Positions 45,585-54,000 of a stretch of 64,000 bases of DNA are shown here, piece by piece. The position numbers and the translations under genes were made by a program. The notes beneath the pieces were generated by a model. It ran no database searches, was not told where the DNA came from, and saw only the letters and a program-made list of their open reading frames with translations. The DNA is from Bdellovibrionota bacterium (lineage in GTDB: Bacteria; Bdellovibrionota; FAC87; UBA2466; JACKAF01), in assembly GCA_041751875.1 (NCBI GenBank), contig JBGSIC010000018.1, positions 32,723 to 96,722 on the forward strand, written 5' to 3'. The stretch's first letter is position 1. Each line of letters begins with the position of its first letter.

Positions 45585-45836
45585 ATGAAAAAACACCCTA
45601 GAAAAAATGTCGGGCAAGGATTGGTGGAATACCTCATCCTGACCTGTTTAGTGGCGGTATCCGCGATCGCCGTGGTGAGCGTCGTAGGACAAAACATCCG
45701 CGCCCGGTACGCGAATATTTCGGCAGCGATTCGCGGGACGCGGGGAGGAGAGAAACTGGAGGCGGCCGATGATTCCTCCGTTGAGATGCGAGGATTCCAT
45801 GATTTTGGGGAAGCGTCGTTCAATCAAGGGAACTAG
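45585..45836 (+). CDS. flp: Flp/Fap-family type IVb prepilin
   Basis: Leader MKKHPRKNVGQG followed by G/LVEYLILTCLVAVSAIAVV. The G-x4-EY processing motif and hydrophobic core are typical of Flp pilins. Confidence 0.75.
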   Translation: MKKHPRKNVGQGLVEYLILTCLVAVSAIAVVSVVGQNIRARYANISAAIRGTRGGEKLEAADDSSVEMRGFHDFGEASFNQGN

Positions 45837-46185
45837 CGGACAAGTCTTTTGCGAAGCCAGTATGATTTGTTTTTTGGTCGTTCTGGCACTTGTTCTCAAT
45901 ATTGAAATAGTTCGTCGAGCGGGTTGGGAAACTACGTTGCAATACGCCAGTTTCAGATTCGCCCGGAAGCGTGCGATGGGCAAAAGTGATCGGAGAGCTA
46001 GAGACGAAGTGAGATCCTTTCTGCTTCTCACCGGAGCTCATGGCAGGGGAGGGCCTCGGTTAAAGTGGACGAGTCACATTTCCTGGGACGACAAAATGGT
46101 GGGAAAAATCTCCACGCGCTTTCCTTCGCTTCTGGCTCTTCCAGATAAACATCACTACGAAATGACCAAAGCATGCAGGTTTTAG
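45799..46185 (+). CDS. TadE-like pseudopilin
   Basis: MILGKRRSIKGTSGQ-VFCEASMICFLVVLALVLNIEIVRR parallels the TadE N-terminal domain (basic leader, hydrophobic helix, IEFGR-like end). Start is uncertain (45769, 45799 or 45862). Overlaps the flp 3' end. Confidence 0.45.
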   Translation: MILGKRRSIKGTSGQVFCEASMICFLVVLALVLNIEIVRRAGWETTLQYASFRFARKRAMGKSDRRARDEVRSFLLLTGAHGRGGPRLKWTSHISWDDKMVGKISTRFPSLLALPDKHHYEMTKACRF

Positions 46186-46760
46186 TGCTCCTTTCCCTTC
46201 CCGTCTTTGTGGCAAGTCTTGCTGCTTCGCTCGATTTGTACAAAGAGGTGTACCGATTGGAAGAACGCACCATCGGTGTGGATAACGCGGGAATAAGCTT
46301 AGCCAGCGCAGACGCCCATCTGTTCAACCATTTTGAGAAAAGTAAGAGAACCTTTGACCGTCTCGAAACGGCTCATCATATCGTGCATCTTTGTGCGCGC
46401 TCCGCTGTCGCGACAGCGGCTTGCCTTAAGCAGGATGTGGCGCTGGAGAAAGCCCTTACTGTTTCGGCGAACTTGCTATGGAAGAGTCTGCAAATCAAAT
46501 GGACTAAAAATCTGATCGCCGCCCAAAGCGAGGCGATAAAAAGGCGCACCACAGTTTGCATAAAACACCGGCCCCGTCTTCCCCCGTTTGAAAGAGGCGT
46601 TTGCGAAACATGCAGCCTCCCTGTGAAATGGAAGCAAACGGTTCGGCGTCCGCTTTGGGAAGTTTCCGAATGTCCACAAAGAAACGCCCCTCTCGTTATT
46701 CAAACACTATTGGAAAAAAGTCCCTCTGGAAAATGGTGGAGCCGCTTGAGGGAAGGGTGA
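46173..46760 (+). CDS. hypothetical protein with N-terminal hydrophobic helix (possible TadF/TadG-like)
   Basis: MQVLVLLSLPVFVASLAASLDLYKEV N-terminus. The Cys-rich C-terminal half is of doubtful coding quality. Confidence 0.3.
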   Translation: MQVLVLLSLPVFVASLAASLDLYKEVYRLEERTIGVDNAGISLASADAHLFNHFEKSKRTFDRLETAHHIVHLCARSAVATAACLKQDVALEKALTVSANLLWKSLQIKWTKNLIAAQSEAIKRRTTVCIKHRPRLPPFERGVCETCSLPVKWKQTVRRPLWEVSECPQRNAPLVIQTLLEKSPSGKWWSRLREG

Positions 46761-46918
46761 AAACAAAAGGCACTTTTCTCATCGAGGGGTTTCTGGTGAT
46801 TTGGCTTTTAGTCGCTGTGATAGGCACGGTTCATCTTTCGCTTCTTTGTAAAACCCAACGTGAACTTAAGGTTCTTCAAGAAAAGCGGCTGCACTATAGT
46901 AGAGAGAGCCCGCCATGA
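46733..46918 (+). CDS. small prepilin-type N-terminal cleavage/methylation-motif protein
   Basis: MVEPLEGRVKTKG/TFLIEGFLVIWLLVAVIG has Glu at +5 after Gly, then a hydrophobic helix. Its stop overlaps the cpaB ATG (ATGA). Confidence 0.35.
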   Translation: MVEPLEGRVKTKGTFLIEGFLVIWLLVAVIGTVHLSLLCKTQRELKVLQEKRLHYSRESPP

Positions 46919-47604
46919 AGGGGGCTCAGTTTCCGAAATGTTCCCGCCGAAGGGCGCAACTACTTTTCTCTCTTTTTGTATCTTGCTGCGTAGGAATGGT
47001 GGTCGTGTGGGAAGTTTTTCGGTTCACAAATCGCTCCCTTGATCAGGTGGAAGATTACCTTCTCGTGGCTCGCCGAGATTTGAAGGGGGGGCACCGCGTG
47101 ACGCTTCAAGATCTTTCTCTCGTTCCGGAATCAAACTGGCATGTGGAAAGAAGCGCGGATGCTCTCACGGATGCCGATCTTGAGTTTGTAGGAAGAAGGT
47201 TGATAGCTGACATCAGCGGCGGAACCCTCTTTACGCGTTCCCTCTTTAAGCCCCCCGAGTCCAAGGCTACGTGGGGTGCGAAGGTTCCGAAGGGCTTTAG
47301 AGCGTATGCGCTTTGCGTGGAAACAGTCCTTCCCGTTCAAGCCAAAGACAGGGTGGACCTGGTTCATTCAGAGAAGCGGAGCGCTGCTCAGGTAGCGGAG
47401 GATCTTTTGGTGTTGGGGGTGCGGCCTTGTGAAGGGGGAAGGGAGGTAATTCTTGCGGCGCGTCCTAAAGACGTTGAGTTGGTGGAAAAGGCGCGCCAAA
47501 CAGGTAAACTAACAATAGTCATTCGAAACCCCGCCGATAAAAAACGAAACCGGCACCGAAAGAAAACCAACCCAGCTAAGGTGATTATTTGGAACGAAGA
47601 GTAA
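46915..47604 (+). CDS. cpaB: Flp pilus assembly protein CpaB/RcpC-like
   Basis: N-terminal TM, SAF-like segment (LLVARRDLKGGHRVTLQDL), then a C-terminal RcpC-like region. Confidence 0.6.
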   Translation: MKGAQFPKCSRRRAQLLFSLFVSCCVGMVVVWEVFRFTNRSLDQVEDYLLVARRDLKGGHRVTLQDLSLVPESNWHVERSADALTDADLEFVGRRLIADISGGTLFTRSLFKPPESKATWGAKVPKGFRAYALCVETVLPVQAKDRVDLVHSEKRSAAQVAEDLLVLGVRPCEGGREVILAARPKDVELVEKARQTGKLTIVIRNPADKKRNRHRKKTNPAKVIIWNEE

Positions 47605-48881
47605 AAAGTGGGGTTTTGAGAACTTTACGAAAGACGCTAGGGGGGCATCCTCTTGTATGGGGCCTAATCTTTTCCTACGGCATTGCCCAGGCCGTACCCA
47701 TTCCAACTCGTGAGCGGGTGCTCGGCATCGCCCAGTTGGGAGTTCCGGCAGATATCTCCCATTCGCGCGCGTATCCCCTGCTGGAAAAGAAACTCGAAAA
47801 CTTTTTGGAAAAACTGGGTCGCACACCCGTCAAACGTTCCCCAATCACTCTTCCCAAAAGTCAGGTGCAGATGTTGACCGCCAGCACTCAGGTACAAAAA
47901 CAAACCGAAAGTCTGACGGTAGCGCTTAGCGAAGATGCTTCCTCTTTGAAGTCTGTTCATGCAGCGCTCGACCAAACCCTGAGCGCTTATCCCATTCATT
48001 TTCCTTCAGCGGGAATCTGGCAGCGCGCCTATGTGGCACAAGCGGCGTATTGGTGGCAACGGCAGAATAAAGAAAAGGCGCTGGAATGGTTGAGCCGTGC
48101 GGCGTTGCTGCATCCGGATCAAAAGATCCAGGATAGCAGTTCGTTTGCCTTTGAGGCACAGGCGCAACCTAAACTTTGGCTGGCGTTTGATTCCCAGTTG
48201 GAAAATCAGCCCTCTTTACTCAACTATTGCGCGGTGGAAGTGGTTGTTCCGAAAATGCCTCACTCAGGAAACATAAGGGTGAACGGTTTTTCGTTTGGAA
48301 CTCGCCGGGCTTTTCGCCTTCCTTTGGGAGGGACCTATCTTTTCGACTTCAGTCATGAAAAGTGGAGCTCCACGCGGGAAATGGTTCGTTGTCAGAAGGT
48401 GAGCAAAATCCGAGTGGAGTTAGCTCTGGTTCCCAAGAAAGAAGATTTCTTGGCCCTTGATTCCCGTAACGTGTCAGAGGAAAGCTCATCGGTTGTTTTG
48501 ATCGAATCACTCCAAGATCGCTTTCGTTTTTTTCTCTATACACCGGGCGAGGCCTTGGACGAGATCCCTCTCGAAAAGCCAGTGCGAATCGCAGAACTTC
48601 TAGAAGATCCTCTTTCCGCCACAGTTCCTATTCAAAGCGATGCGCTTAAGCACTTGCTTGAAAAGCACGAGGGAAGCCCTTTGAGTCTGGCAACGCTCTC
48701 GCTGGATTCTCCGTCATTTGCAGGTCAGGAAGAGCACGGTGTCACGACGCCTTGGTACAGGGACTGGAAAGTTTGGGCGGTAGCCGGCGGCATCGTGGGC
48801 GGTGTGATCGCGGTTCACTTAGCGACGAAAAAATCAGAGGTAACAGGCCAGGCCCACGGCCTGAGAATCGAGATTAAATAA
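47589..48881 (+). CDS. secreted hypothetical protein with TPR-like motif and C-terminal TM anchor
   Basis: Signal peptide ...PLVWGLIFSYGIAQA. TPR-like AYVAQAAYWWQRQNKEKALEWLSRAALLHPD. C-terminal helix WAVAGGIVGGVIAVHLA. Not a secretin. Confidence 0.4.
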   Translation: MERRVKSGVLRTLRKTLGGHPLVWGLIFSYGIAQAVPIPTRERVLGIAQLGVPADISHSRAYPLLEKKLENFLEKLGRTPVKRSPITLPKSQVQMLTASTQVQKQTESLTVALSEDASSLKSVHAALDQTLSAYPIHFPSAGIWQRAYVAQAAYWWQRQNKEKALEWLSRAALLHPDQKIQDSSSFAFEAQAQPKLWLAFDSQLENQPSLLNYCAVEVVVPKMPHSGNIRVNGFSFGTRRAFRLPLGGTYLFDFSHEKWSSTREMVRCQKVSKIRVELALVPKKEDFLALDSRNVSEESSSVVLIESLQDRFRFFLYTPGEALDEIPLEKPVRIAELLEDPLSATVPIQSDALKHLLEKHEGSPLSLATLSLDSPSFAGQEEHGVTTPWYRDWKVWAVAGGIVGGVIAVHLATKKSEVTGQAHGLRIEIK

Positions 48882-49129
48882 TGGATGAGAGCCAGAGTAA
48901 GTTCTTGGTTAACTTCTTTTCCCAGTTTTCTCGTGAGCAGTTGTTTATTGGTTTTTGGTTGATGATTCTGGGGTTGTTTCTACTCTCGGCGACACGCTTT
49001 TTGGGTGGGCGAAGTCAACGCAACTTCAGAAACGGGCCCTCAACTCCACAGAAACCTCCGACGCCTTCCTCGAGTAAAGCGGTGAGTGTCCCACGTAAAG
49101 ACCTCACGAAGGGGCCACGATCGCGCTAA
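48881..49129 (+). CDS. small membrane protein (hypothetical)
   Basis: One TM (LFIGFWLMILGLFLLSA) then a Pro/Ser-rich tail. Start overlaps the previous stop. Confidence 0.3.
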   Translation: MDESQSKFLVNFFSQFSREQLFIGFWLMILGLFLLSATRFLGGRSQRNFRNGPSTPQKPPTPSSSKAVSVPRKDLTKGPRSR

Positions 49130-49141
49130 GCGCACTCTAAG

Positions 49142-49921
49142 TTAGGGAAGATTTTTGAGGCCTTCAAAAGGCACGCGCACTTCATCTAGGTACCGTTGAA
49201 AGACTAGTGGATTCTGCTCGAGCACGCCTTCCATTTGTTTAAGGCTTTCCTCAAAAGAACTTCCATTGAACCTTTGCCCAATCACTGAATTAATCTGTTT
49301 AGCCCCTTTCATATCGGTGCTCTCCAGCCATGTGCGCGTGGCTAGAATAAGGGCTTGTGCGCGACTGAGGTCCCCCTTGGGCGAGGGCCGATTTACTAAG
49401 TTTCCTCGAATCCGGCTTTGTTTTTCCTTTAACTCCGAATCCGTTAGCTTCCTTGGTGTCCAGATTTGCGTTTTGCCGTTGGTCTCAGATTTCTCTTTTG
49501 GCGGAATACATTCGAGAGTTCCCTTCTTGTTAGGAAGTTCGATTTTTCCCGCAGCACCCTCGGGTATGGCCGCGACCAAAACAGTTTTACCTTGGCTATC
49601 TTTTGCATCCACTCGAAAGTTGTTACCGTAGCGAGAAAACTCCCAATTCAAGCCGCCGCGTTCCACCACACTCGGTTTTGCCAATGGTTGTCTATAAGCG
49701 GGACGTGTTTTGCTGATCATCAAGGGGGGATCGGTCACTCCACCCAAAGTAAAAGCACAGGAGTACTTTCCTATTTCATCCACGTAGACCCACGGCCTAT
49801 CAGAACTGGGGGATGGTGTGCTTGGGGAATCTCCATGATCACTTGCGGCGACTTGTTCACGTGCGAGCGCCGGCAACCACAAGCAAGAAAATAAAACGAT
49901 GAACTTAAGAAAGTGAGTCAT
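49142..49921 (-). CDS. secreted hypothetical protein (259 aa)
   Basis: Signal peptide MTHFLKFIVLFSCLWLPALA. No known motif. Confidence 0.45.
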   Translation of the reverse strand: MTHFLKFIVLFSCLWLPALAREQVAASDHGDSPSTPSPSSDRPWVYVDEIGKYSCAFTLGGVTDPPLMISKTRPAYRQPLAKPSVVERGGLNWEFSRYGNNFRVDAKDSQGKTVLVAAIPEGAAGKIELPNKKGTLECIPPKEKSETNGKTQIWTPRKLTDSELKEKQSRIRGNLVNRPSPKGDLSRAQALILATRTWLESTDMKGAKQINSVIGQRFNGSSFEESLKQMEGVLEQNPLVFQRYLDEVRVPFEGLKNLP

Positions 49922-49992
49922 CGAAGGGGTCCTTTGATTGATAAGAAGTTAAATAATATCACCCATTCTAAGCCCCGAGCTATGTAAAAAGT

Positions 49993-51060
49993 TCACCACA
50001 CTCCGGGAAGCGGATGGTCGCAGTCCGGGCACTTGCCATTCTCAAGTTCCATGCCGATTACCATAAAGCCGTGGCGTTCGATGAGAGTTTTCTCACACTG
50101 AGAACAGCGCGTGTTCTCCCATTCTCCCACTTTGCCCGGAAGGTTTCCGGCGTACACATACCGCAAGCCAGCGTTTTTACCCTGCTCAGCCGCGCGCAGG
50201 AGGTCTTCGGGAGTCGTAGCACGGGGGCCTTGCATTTTATAGTCAGGATGAAACGCGGTCACGTGCCATGGAATATCCCTTGAAACCCCTGCGATAAAGC
50301 TAGTGAGTTCCTTAATTTCCTCAGGAGAATCATTAAAGTCTGGAATGAGTAGTGTAACGATTTCTAAGTAAAACCCCATTCGGTGTATGGTTTCGATGCT
50401 CGAAAGCACGTTGGCGAGTACGCCACCGAGCTCGCGGTAGTGTTTGTCCTGAAAACTTTTCAAATCAACTTTGTACAGATCCACATACGGTCGAATGAAC
50501 TGCAAGACTTCCGGCGTGGCATTTCCGTTTGAAACAAAGGCACACAGTAAGTTTCGTTTTTTTGCTTCAGAAAAAATTTCTACAGCCCATTCTGCAGTAA
50601 TGAGTGGTTCGTTGTAGGTGCTAGCGATGATACGGGCATTACTTTGCATAGCCTTTGCGACAAGGTTAGTCGCTCGCATATCATAAGGGTGGGATTGTGC
50701 GTTGCTATCTCGCAGACTTTGAGACGTAACCCAGTTTTGGCAATAGGCGCAGTGCAGATCGCAGCCCAGCATGCCGAAACTCAGCGCAAGGCTGCCAGGT
50801 AGAACGTGAAAGAACGGTTTTTTTTCGATGGGATCAACATGGATACCTCCCACGTAACCCCAGGGAACGCGCAACTCTCCTGCTTTGTTGTAACGAACCT
50901 TGCAGACCCCTTCCAATCCTTCGGGAATAAAACAACGGTGGCCGCACGCGAAACAACGGATTCCTTTTTTGCCGGAAGCGTTGGTTTCATTGATTCCCAG
51001 GGTGCCAATTGTGGTCCGTTCTTGGAGAGAGGCTCGCAGAGTTCCGGGTTGCGCTTTCAT
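49993..51060 (-). CDS. AmmeMemoRadiSam-system radical SAM enzyme (PFL-activase-like)
   Basis: N-terminal CFACGHRCFIPEG...VCKVR Cys cluster. HVDPIEKKPFFHVLPGS...GCDLHCAYCQNW radical-SAM CxxxCxxC. Length and C-terminus fit this family. Confidence 0.65.
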   Translation of the reverse strand: MKAQPGTLRASLQERTTIGTLGINETNASGKKGIRCFACGHRCFIPEGLEGVCKVRYNKAGELRVPWGYVGGIHVDPIEKKPFFHVLPGSLALSFGMLGCDLHCAYCQNWVTSQSLRDSNAQSHPYDMRATNLVAKAMQSNARIIASTYNEPLITAEWAVEIFSEAKKRNLLCAFVSNGNATPEVLQFIRPYVDLYKVDLKSFQDKHYRELGGVLANVLSSIETIHRMGFYLEIVTLLIPDFNDSPEEIKELTSFIAGVSRDIPWHVTAFHPDYKMQGPRATTPEDLLRAAEQGKNAGLRYVYAGNLPGKVGEWENTRCSQCEKTLIERHGFMVIGMELENGKCPDCDHPLPGVW

Positions 51061-51214
51061 TTCACCACCCTAGCAAACGCATGAACTTCTCGCCAGATGG
51101 CCCAAAACCGAAAAAGCCTCTAAAAATAGGCTGCAAGTATTTGATAATACACATGTTTTGAAACTCATCCGATAGACTTTTCCTTCCGAAACGTATGATG
51201 GAGGACTGTTCGAC

Positions 51215-52081
51215 TTGAGCAAAGACGAAAAATCTAAAAGCGGCGTTACGAAGAAGCCCAGCGGGCGGCGCGAGCCCGACCGCCTTTCGGAAAGCTCCAT
51301 TTCTTTCGATCCTGAAGCGATTGAGTCGATGGAATCAAGCGAAAAGGCCGGCTTCGTAAAGCAACAACTCGGCCGCATGCAGTCTCAGATCGATGACATC
51401 GCACGTGTGCCCCGAAAAGAACGCCTCAGTGACAACCAAGTTGATACCCTACGCAAGTATATTGAGGTGAAAGAACTCGAAGTACGCGATCTTAAGGATC
51501 AAAAAACGCAGTACAAGAGTTATCTGGACAAGTTGACGACTGAGATCACTCAGCTTTCGCAAAAGAATAAAGAACTTTCGGAATCGGTAAGAGAACTTTC
51601 CCGTCAACGTGACCATCTGAAAAGTGAGCTAGATAAAATCAACAGCCACTATGAAAATAAACTCGCTTCGATGCGCGAAGAAAGCGATGACAAGCTACGT
51701 TCGTTTGGTGGCTACGAGAGCAAGCTTAAAGAATTGAAGCAAGAGAAAGAAGAGTGGAAAGAAAAAGTTCGCACCGATCTCAAGAAGATTAAGCTCAAAG
51801 AAAAAGAAATTGAAAACAAGTACGAGCTTCTCAAACGCGATGCCCAGACCTTGTTAGATGCCAAAGACCGCCATGCTCTTGAGCTGAAGAAAAAAGGCGA
51901 CGCGCTTGAAATGGAACTAGAAGCTTCCGAAGAGCGTTTGCGCCAAAATGCGATGATTTTGGGTTCGATTGATTCCAAGAAACGCCGCTTAATCGAAACG
52001 ATGAAATTGGCGGTATCGTTGTTGGAAGAAATCGACAAAGAAACAGATTCTTCAAGCGCCCCTAAGAAAAAAGCGGGCTAA
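51215..52081 (+). CDS. coiled-coil hypothetical protein
   Basis: Highly charged heptad-like K/E-rich sequence. Alternative start codon. Confidence 0.45.
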   Translation: MSKDEKSKSGVTKKPSGRREPDRLSESSISFDPEAIESMESSEKAGFVKQQLGRMQSQIDDIARVPRKERLSDNQVDTLRKYIEVKELEVRDLKDQKTQYKSYLDKLTTEITQLSQKNKELSESVRELSRQRDHLKSELDKINSHYENKLASMREESDDKLRSFGGYESKLKELKQEKEEWKEKVRTDLKKIKLKEKEIENKYELLKRDAQTLLDAKDRHALELKKKGDALEMELEASEERLRQNAMILGSIDSKKRRLIETMKLAVSLLEEIDKETDSSSAPKKKAG

Positions 52082-52087
52082 CCTGAC

Positions 52088-53182
52088 ATGGCGGCACCTC
52101 GAAAGTTAAAGCTCATTGTCTCCGACTTTCATCTGGGACGGGGCCAGCACCTACCCGATGGGTCTTTCAATCCGATGGAAGATTTCCATTGGGGACACAA
52201 GTTCCGCGAGTTTCTGCAGTACTACTCCAAACCGCCTTACGACGACACCGAGATTGAGCTCATCTTCAACGGTGACATGCTCAACCTGATTCTCACGGAT
52301 TATCATGGCCACTACACCGTGATTCTCACTGAGGCGGTCTCGACACATAAACTCAAAGGGATCATCGAAGGGCATCCCATCTTTTTTAATGCATTAAAAG
52401 CGTTTCTAAAGAAAGGTAAGCACTCTTTGTCCTATGTGATCGGCAACCATGATCAGGAAATGTTCTGGGACGAAACGAGAAAGATGTTCGAGAAGGCCGT
52501 TGGTGCCAAGGTGAACTGGAAGAATATTCACTACCAAGTGGATGGTATTCACATCGAGCATGGACATCAATTTGAAGCGGTAAACCGGATGGATCCTACC
52601 CAACCTTTTTTGTCGCAAAGTCTTCCGGAACCTATCATCAACCTACCGTGGGGCTCGCTTTTCGCGGTGCAGTTCATTGTGAAACTAAAAAAACTGCGCC
52701 CAGCGATCGACAAAGTTCGCCCATTTCGCCAGCTCATCTGGTGGAGCCTGGTGCACGACACCTGGTTCGCACTCACCAATATTCTCAACTTGGCATTTTA
52801 CTTCATCAATACTCGCTTTAGTAAGAATCGCTATCGCCAGTCGAGCTTGAAAACAACGTTGAAGATTCTCCGGGAAGCGTCCGTGTACCCAGACCTAAGC
52901 GACGCGGCTAAACGTATTTTGCGCACACCGGAAGTTCACACGGTCATTTTCGGTCATACCCATGTCCCGCTCTTTCAACAGGTGGGAGGGGGTAAATTCT
53001 ATATCAACCTGGGAACTTGGAATGAGATCACCTCGTTGGACTTGATCTCCTATGGCCGACGAACGCAACTCACCTACGCGCGCGTAGAGTACCGCGAAGG
53101 TCAGTCCCACCCCACCACCGTCCTCCGTCACTGGATCGGCGCCGTTCCCGTAGAAGACGACGCCGTCAATTTCCACTTATAA
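52088..53182 (+). CDS. calcineurin-like metallophosphoesterase
   Basis: DFHLG, GDM, GNHD, GH and GHTH motifs in canonical order. Confidence 0.7.
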   Translation: MAAPRKLKLIVSDFHLGRGQHLPDGSFNPMEDFHWGHKFREFLQYYSKPPYDDTEIELIFNGDMLNLILTDYHGHYTVILTEAVSTHKLKGIIEGHPIFFNALKAFLKKGKHSLSYVIGNHDQEMFWDETRKMFEKAVGAKVNWKNIHYQVDGIHIEHGHQFEAVNRMDPTQPFLSQSLPEPIINLPWGSLFAVQFIVKLKKLRPAIDKVRPFRQLIWWSLVHDTWFALTNILNLAFYFINTRFSKNRYRQSSLKTTLKILREASVYPDLSDAAKRILRTPEVHTVIFGHTHVPLFQQVGGGKFYINLGTWNEITSLDLISYGRRTQLTYARVEYREGQSHPTTVLRHWIGAVPVEDDAVNFHL

Positions 53183-53242
53183 TCCGCCGCTTCCGGAAGC
53201 TTCTTTTCTTATGCCTGGCGGGCGTGCTACGTTTTTCGCTCT

Positions 53243-53944
53243 ATGCAGCGACTGTTCGTGTGGCTTTGTTTTCTATTGGGATTGGTGTGGACGTTGATTA
53301 TTTCAGCGGTTTCCGTGCCTATCATGTTGGTCAGCGAGAAAACAGGTCACCGTTGTTTCCGCCTTTTTGGAAGGGTGTGGTGCCTCCTACTTGGGGTAAA
53401 GATCAAGTTTGAAGGAGAAGAGAAGCTGCGTCACGCCGGCCCCATGGTGTTGACTCCCAATCATGCCAGTATCTTCGACATCTTTGTGGCGGCCGTCTTG
53501 CCCGTCGACTTTAAGTGGATTTTAAAGCGCGAACTGATGTGGATTCCCTTTTTAGGGTGGTCTATTTGGGCGATGAAAAACTACAGCGTCCGTAGGGATG
53601 GATCGGGCAAGGACTTACGCGCGATGAAAGACGTAGAAAAAGGACTCAGAGCGGGCAAATCAGTTTTGATGTTCCCCGAGGGCACTCGGACGCGCACAGG
53701 TGAGCTGCTCCCCTTTAAGAAAGGGGCTTTTAGGGTGGCGGAAAACGCTGGGGTTCCGCTTTGCCCGATGGTTTTTGTAGGAACGTACGAAATCTCGCCT
53801 CCGGGCCAAGTTCCCAGCCGATGGGGGCATGATGTCACAGTCCGTGTGGGGACCCCCTTTACGGTGTCGGAAGTGGGAGGTTCGATTGCTGCCAACCAAG
53901 AGCTTCGTCGGCAGTTAACAGGCCTTCTTTCAGCTGGAAAGTGA
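53243..53944 (+). CDS. plsC: 1-acyl-sn-glycerol-3-phosphate acyltransferase
   Basis: NHASIFD (HX4D) and FPEGTRT motifs after an N-terminal TM helix. Confidence 0.8.
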   Translation: MQRLFVWLCFLLGLVWTLIISAVSVPIMLVSEKTGHRCFRLFGRVWCLLLGVKIKFEGEEKLRHAGPMVLTPNHASIFDIFVAAVLPVDFKWILKRELMWIPFLGWSIWAMKNYSVRRDGSGKDLRAMKDVEKGLRAGKSVLMFPEGTRTRTGELLPFKKGAFRVAENAGVPLCPMVFVGTYEISPPGQVPSRWGHDVTVRVGTPFTVSEVGGSIAANQELRRQLTGLLSAGK

Positions 53945-54000
53945 TATGAAATTAATGGCTTGCCGGGGGACTGCTCCCGCATCTATGTTATGATCCGAAC

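Noticed and set aside
46601-46732. Longer TTG-initiated version (105 aa) of the prepilin-like ORF
   Set aside because: It would give a 58-aa leader before the G/TFLIE site (prepilin leaders are 6-25 aa) and overlaps the previous ORF by 160 nt. The internal ATG at 46733 gives a canonical 13-aa leader.
47589-48881. Calling the 430-aa protein the CpaC/RcpA secretin or TadD of the Flp system
   Set aside because: No secretin C-domain motifs and a C-terminal single TM anchor. Only one TPR-like repeat is visible, so it is left as an uncharacterised TPR-like protein.
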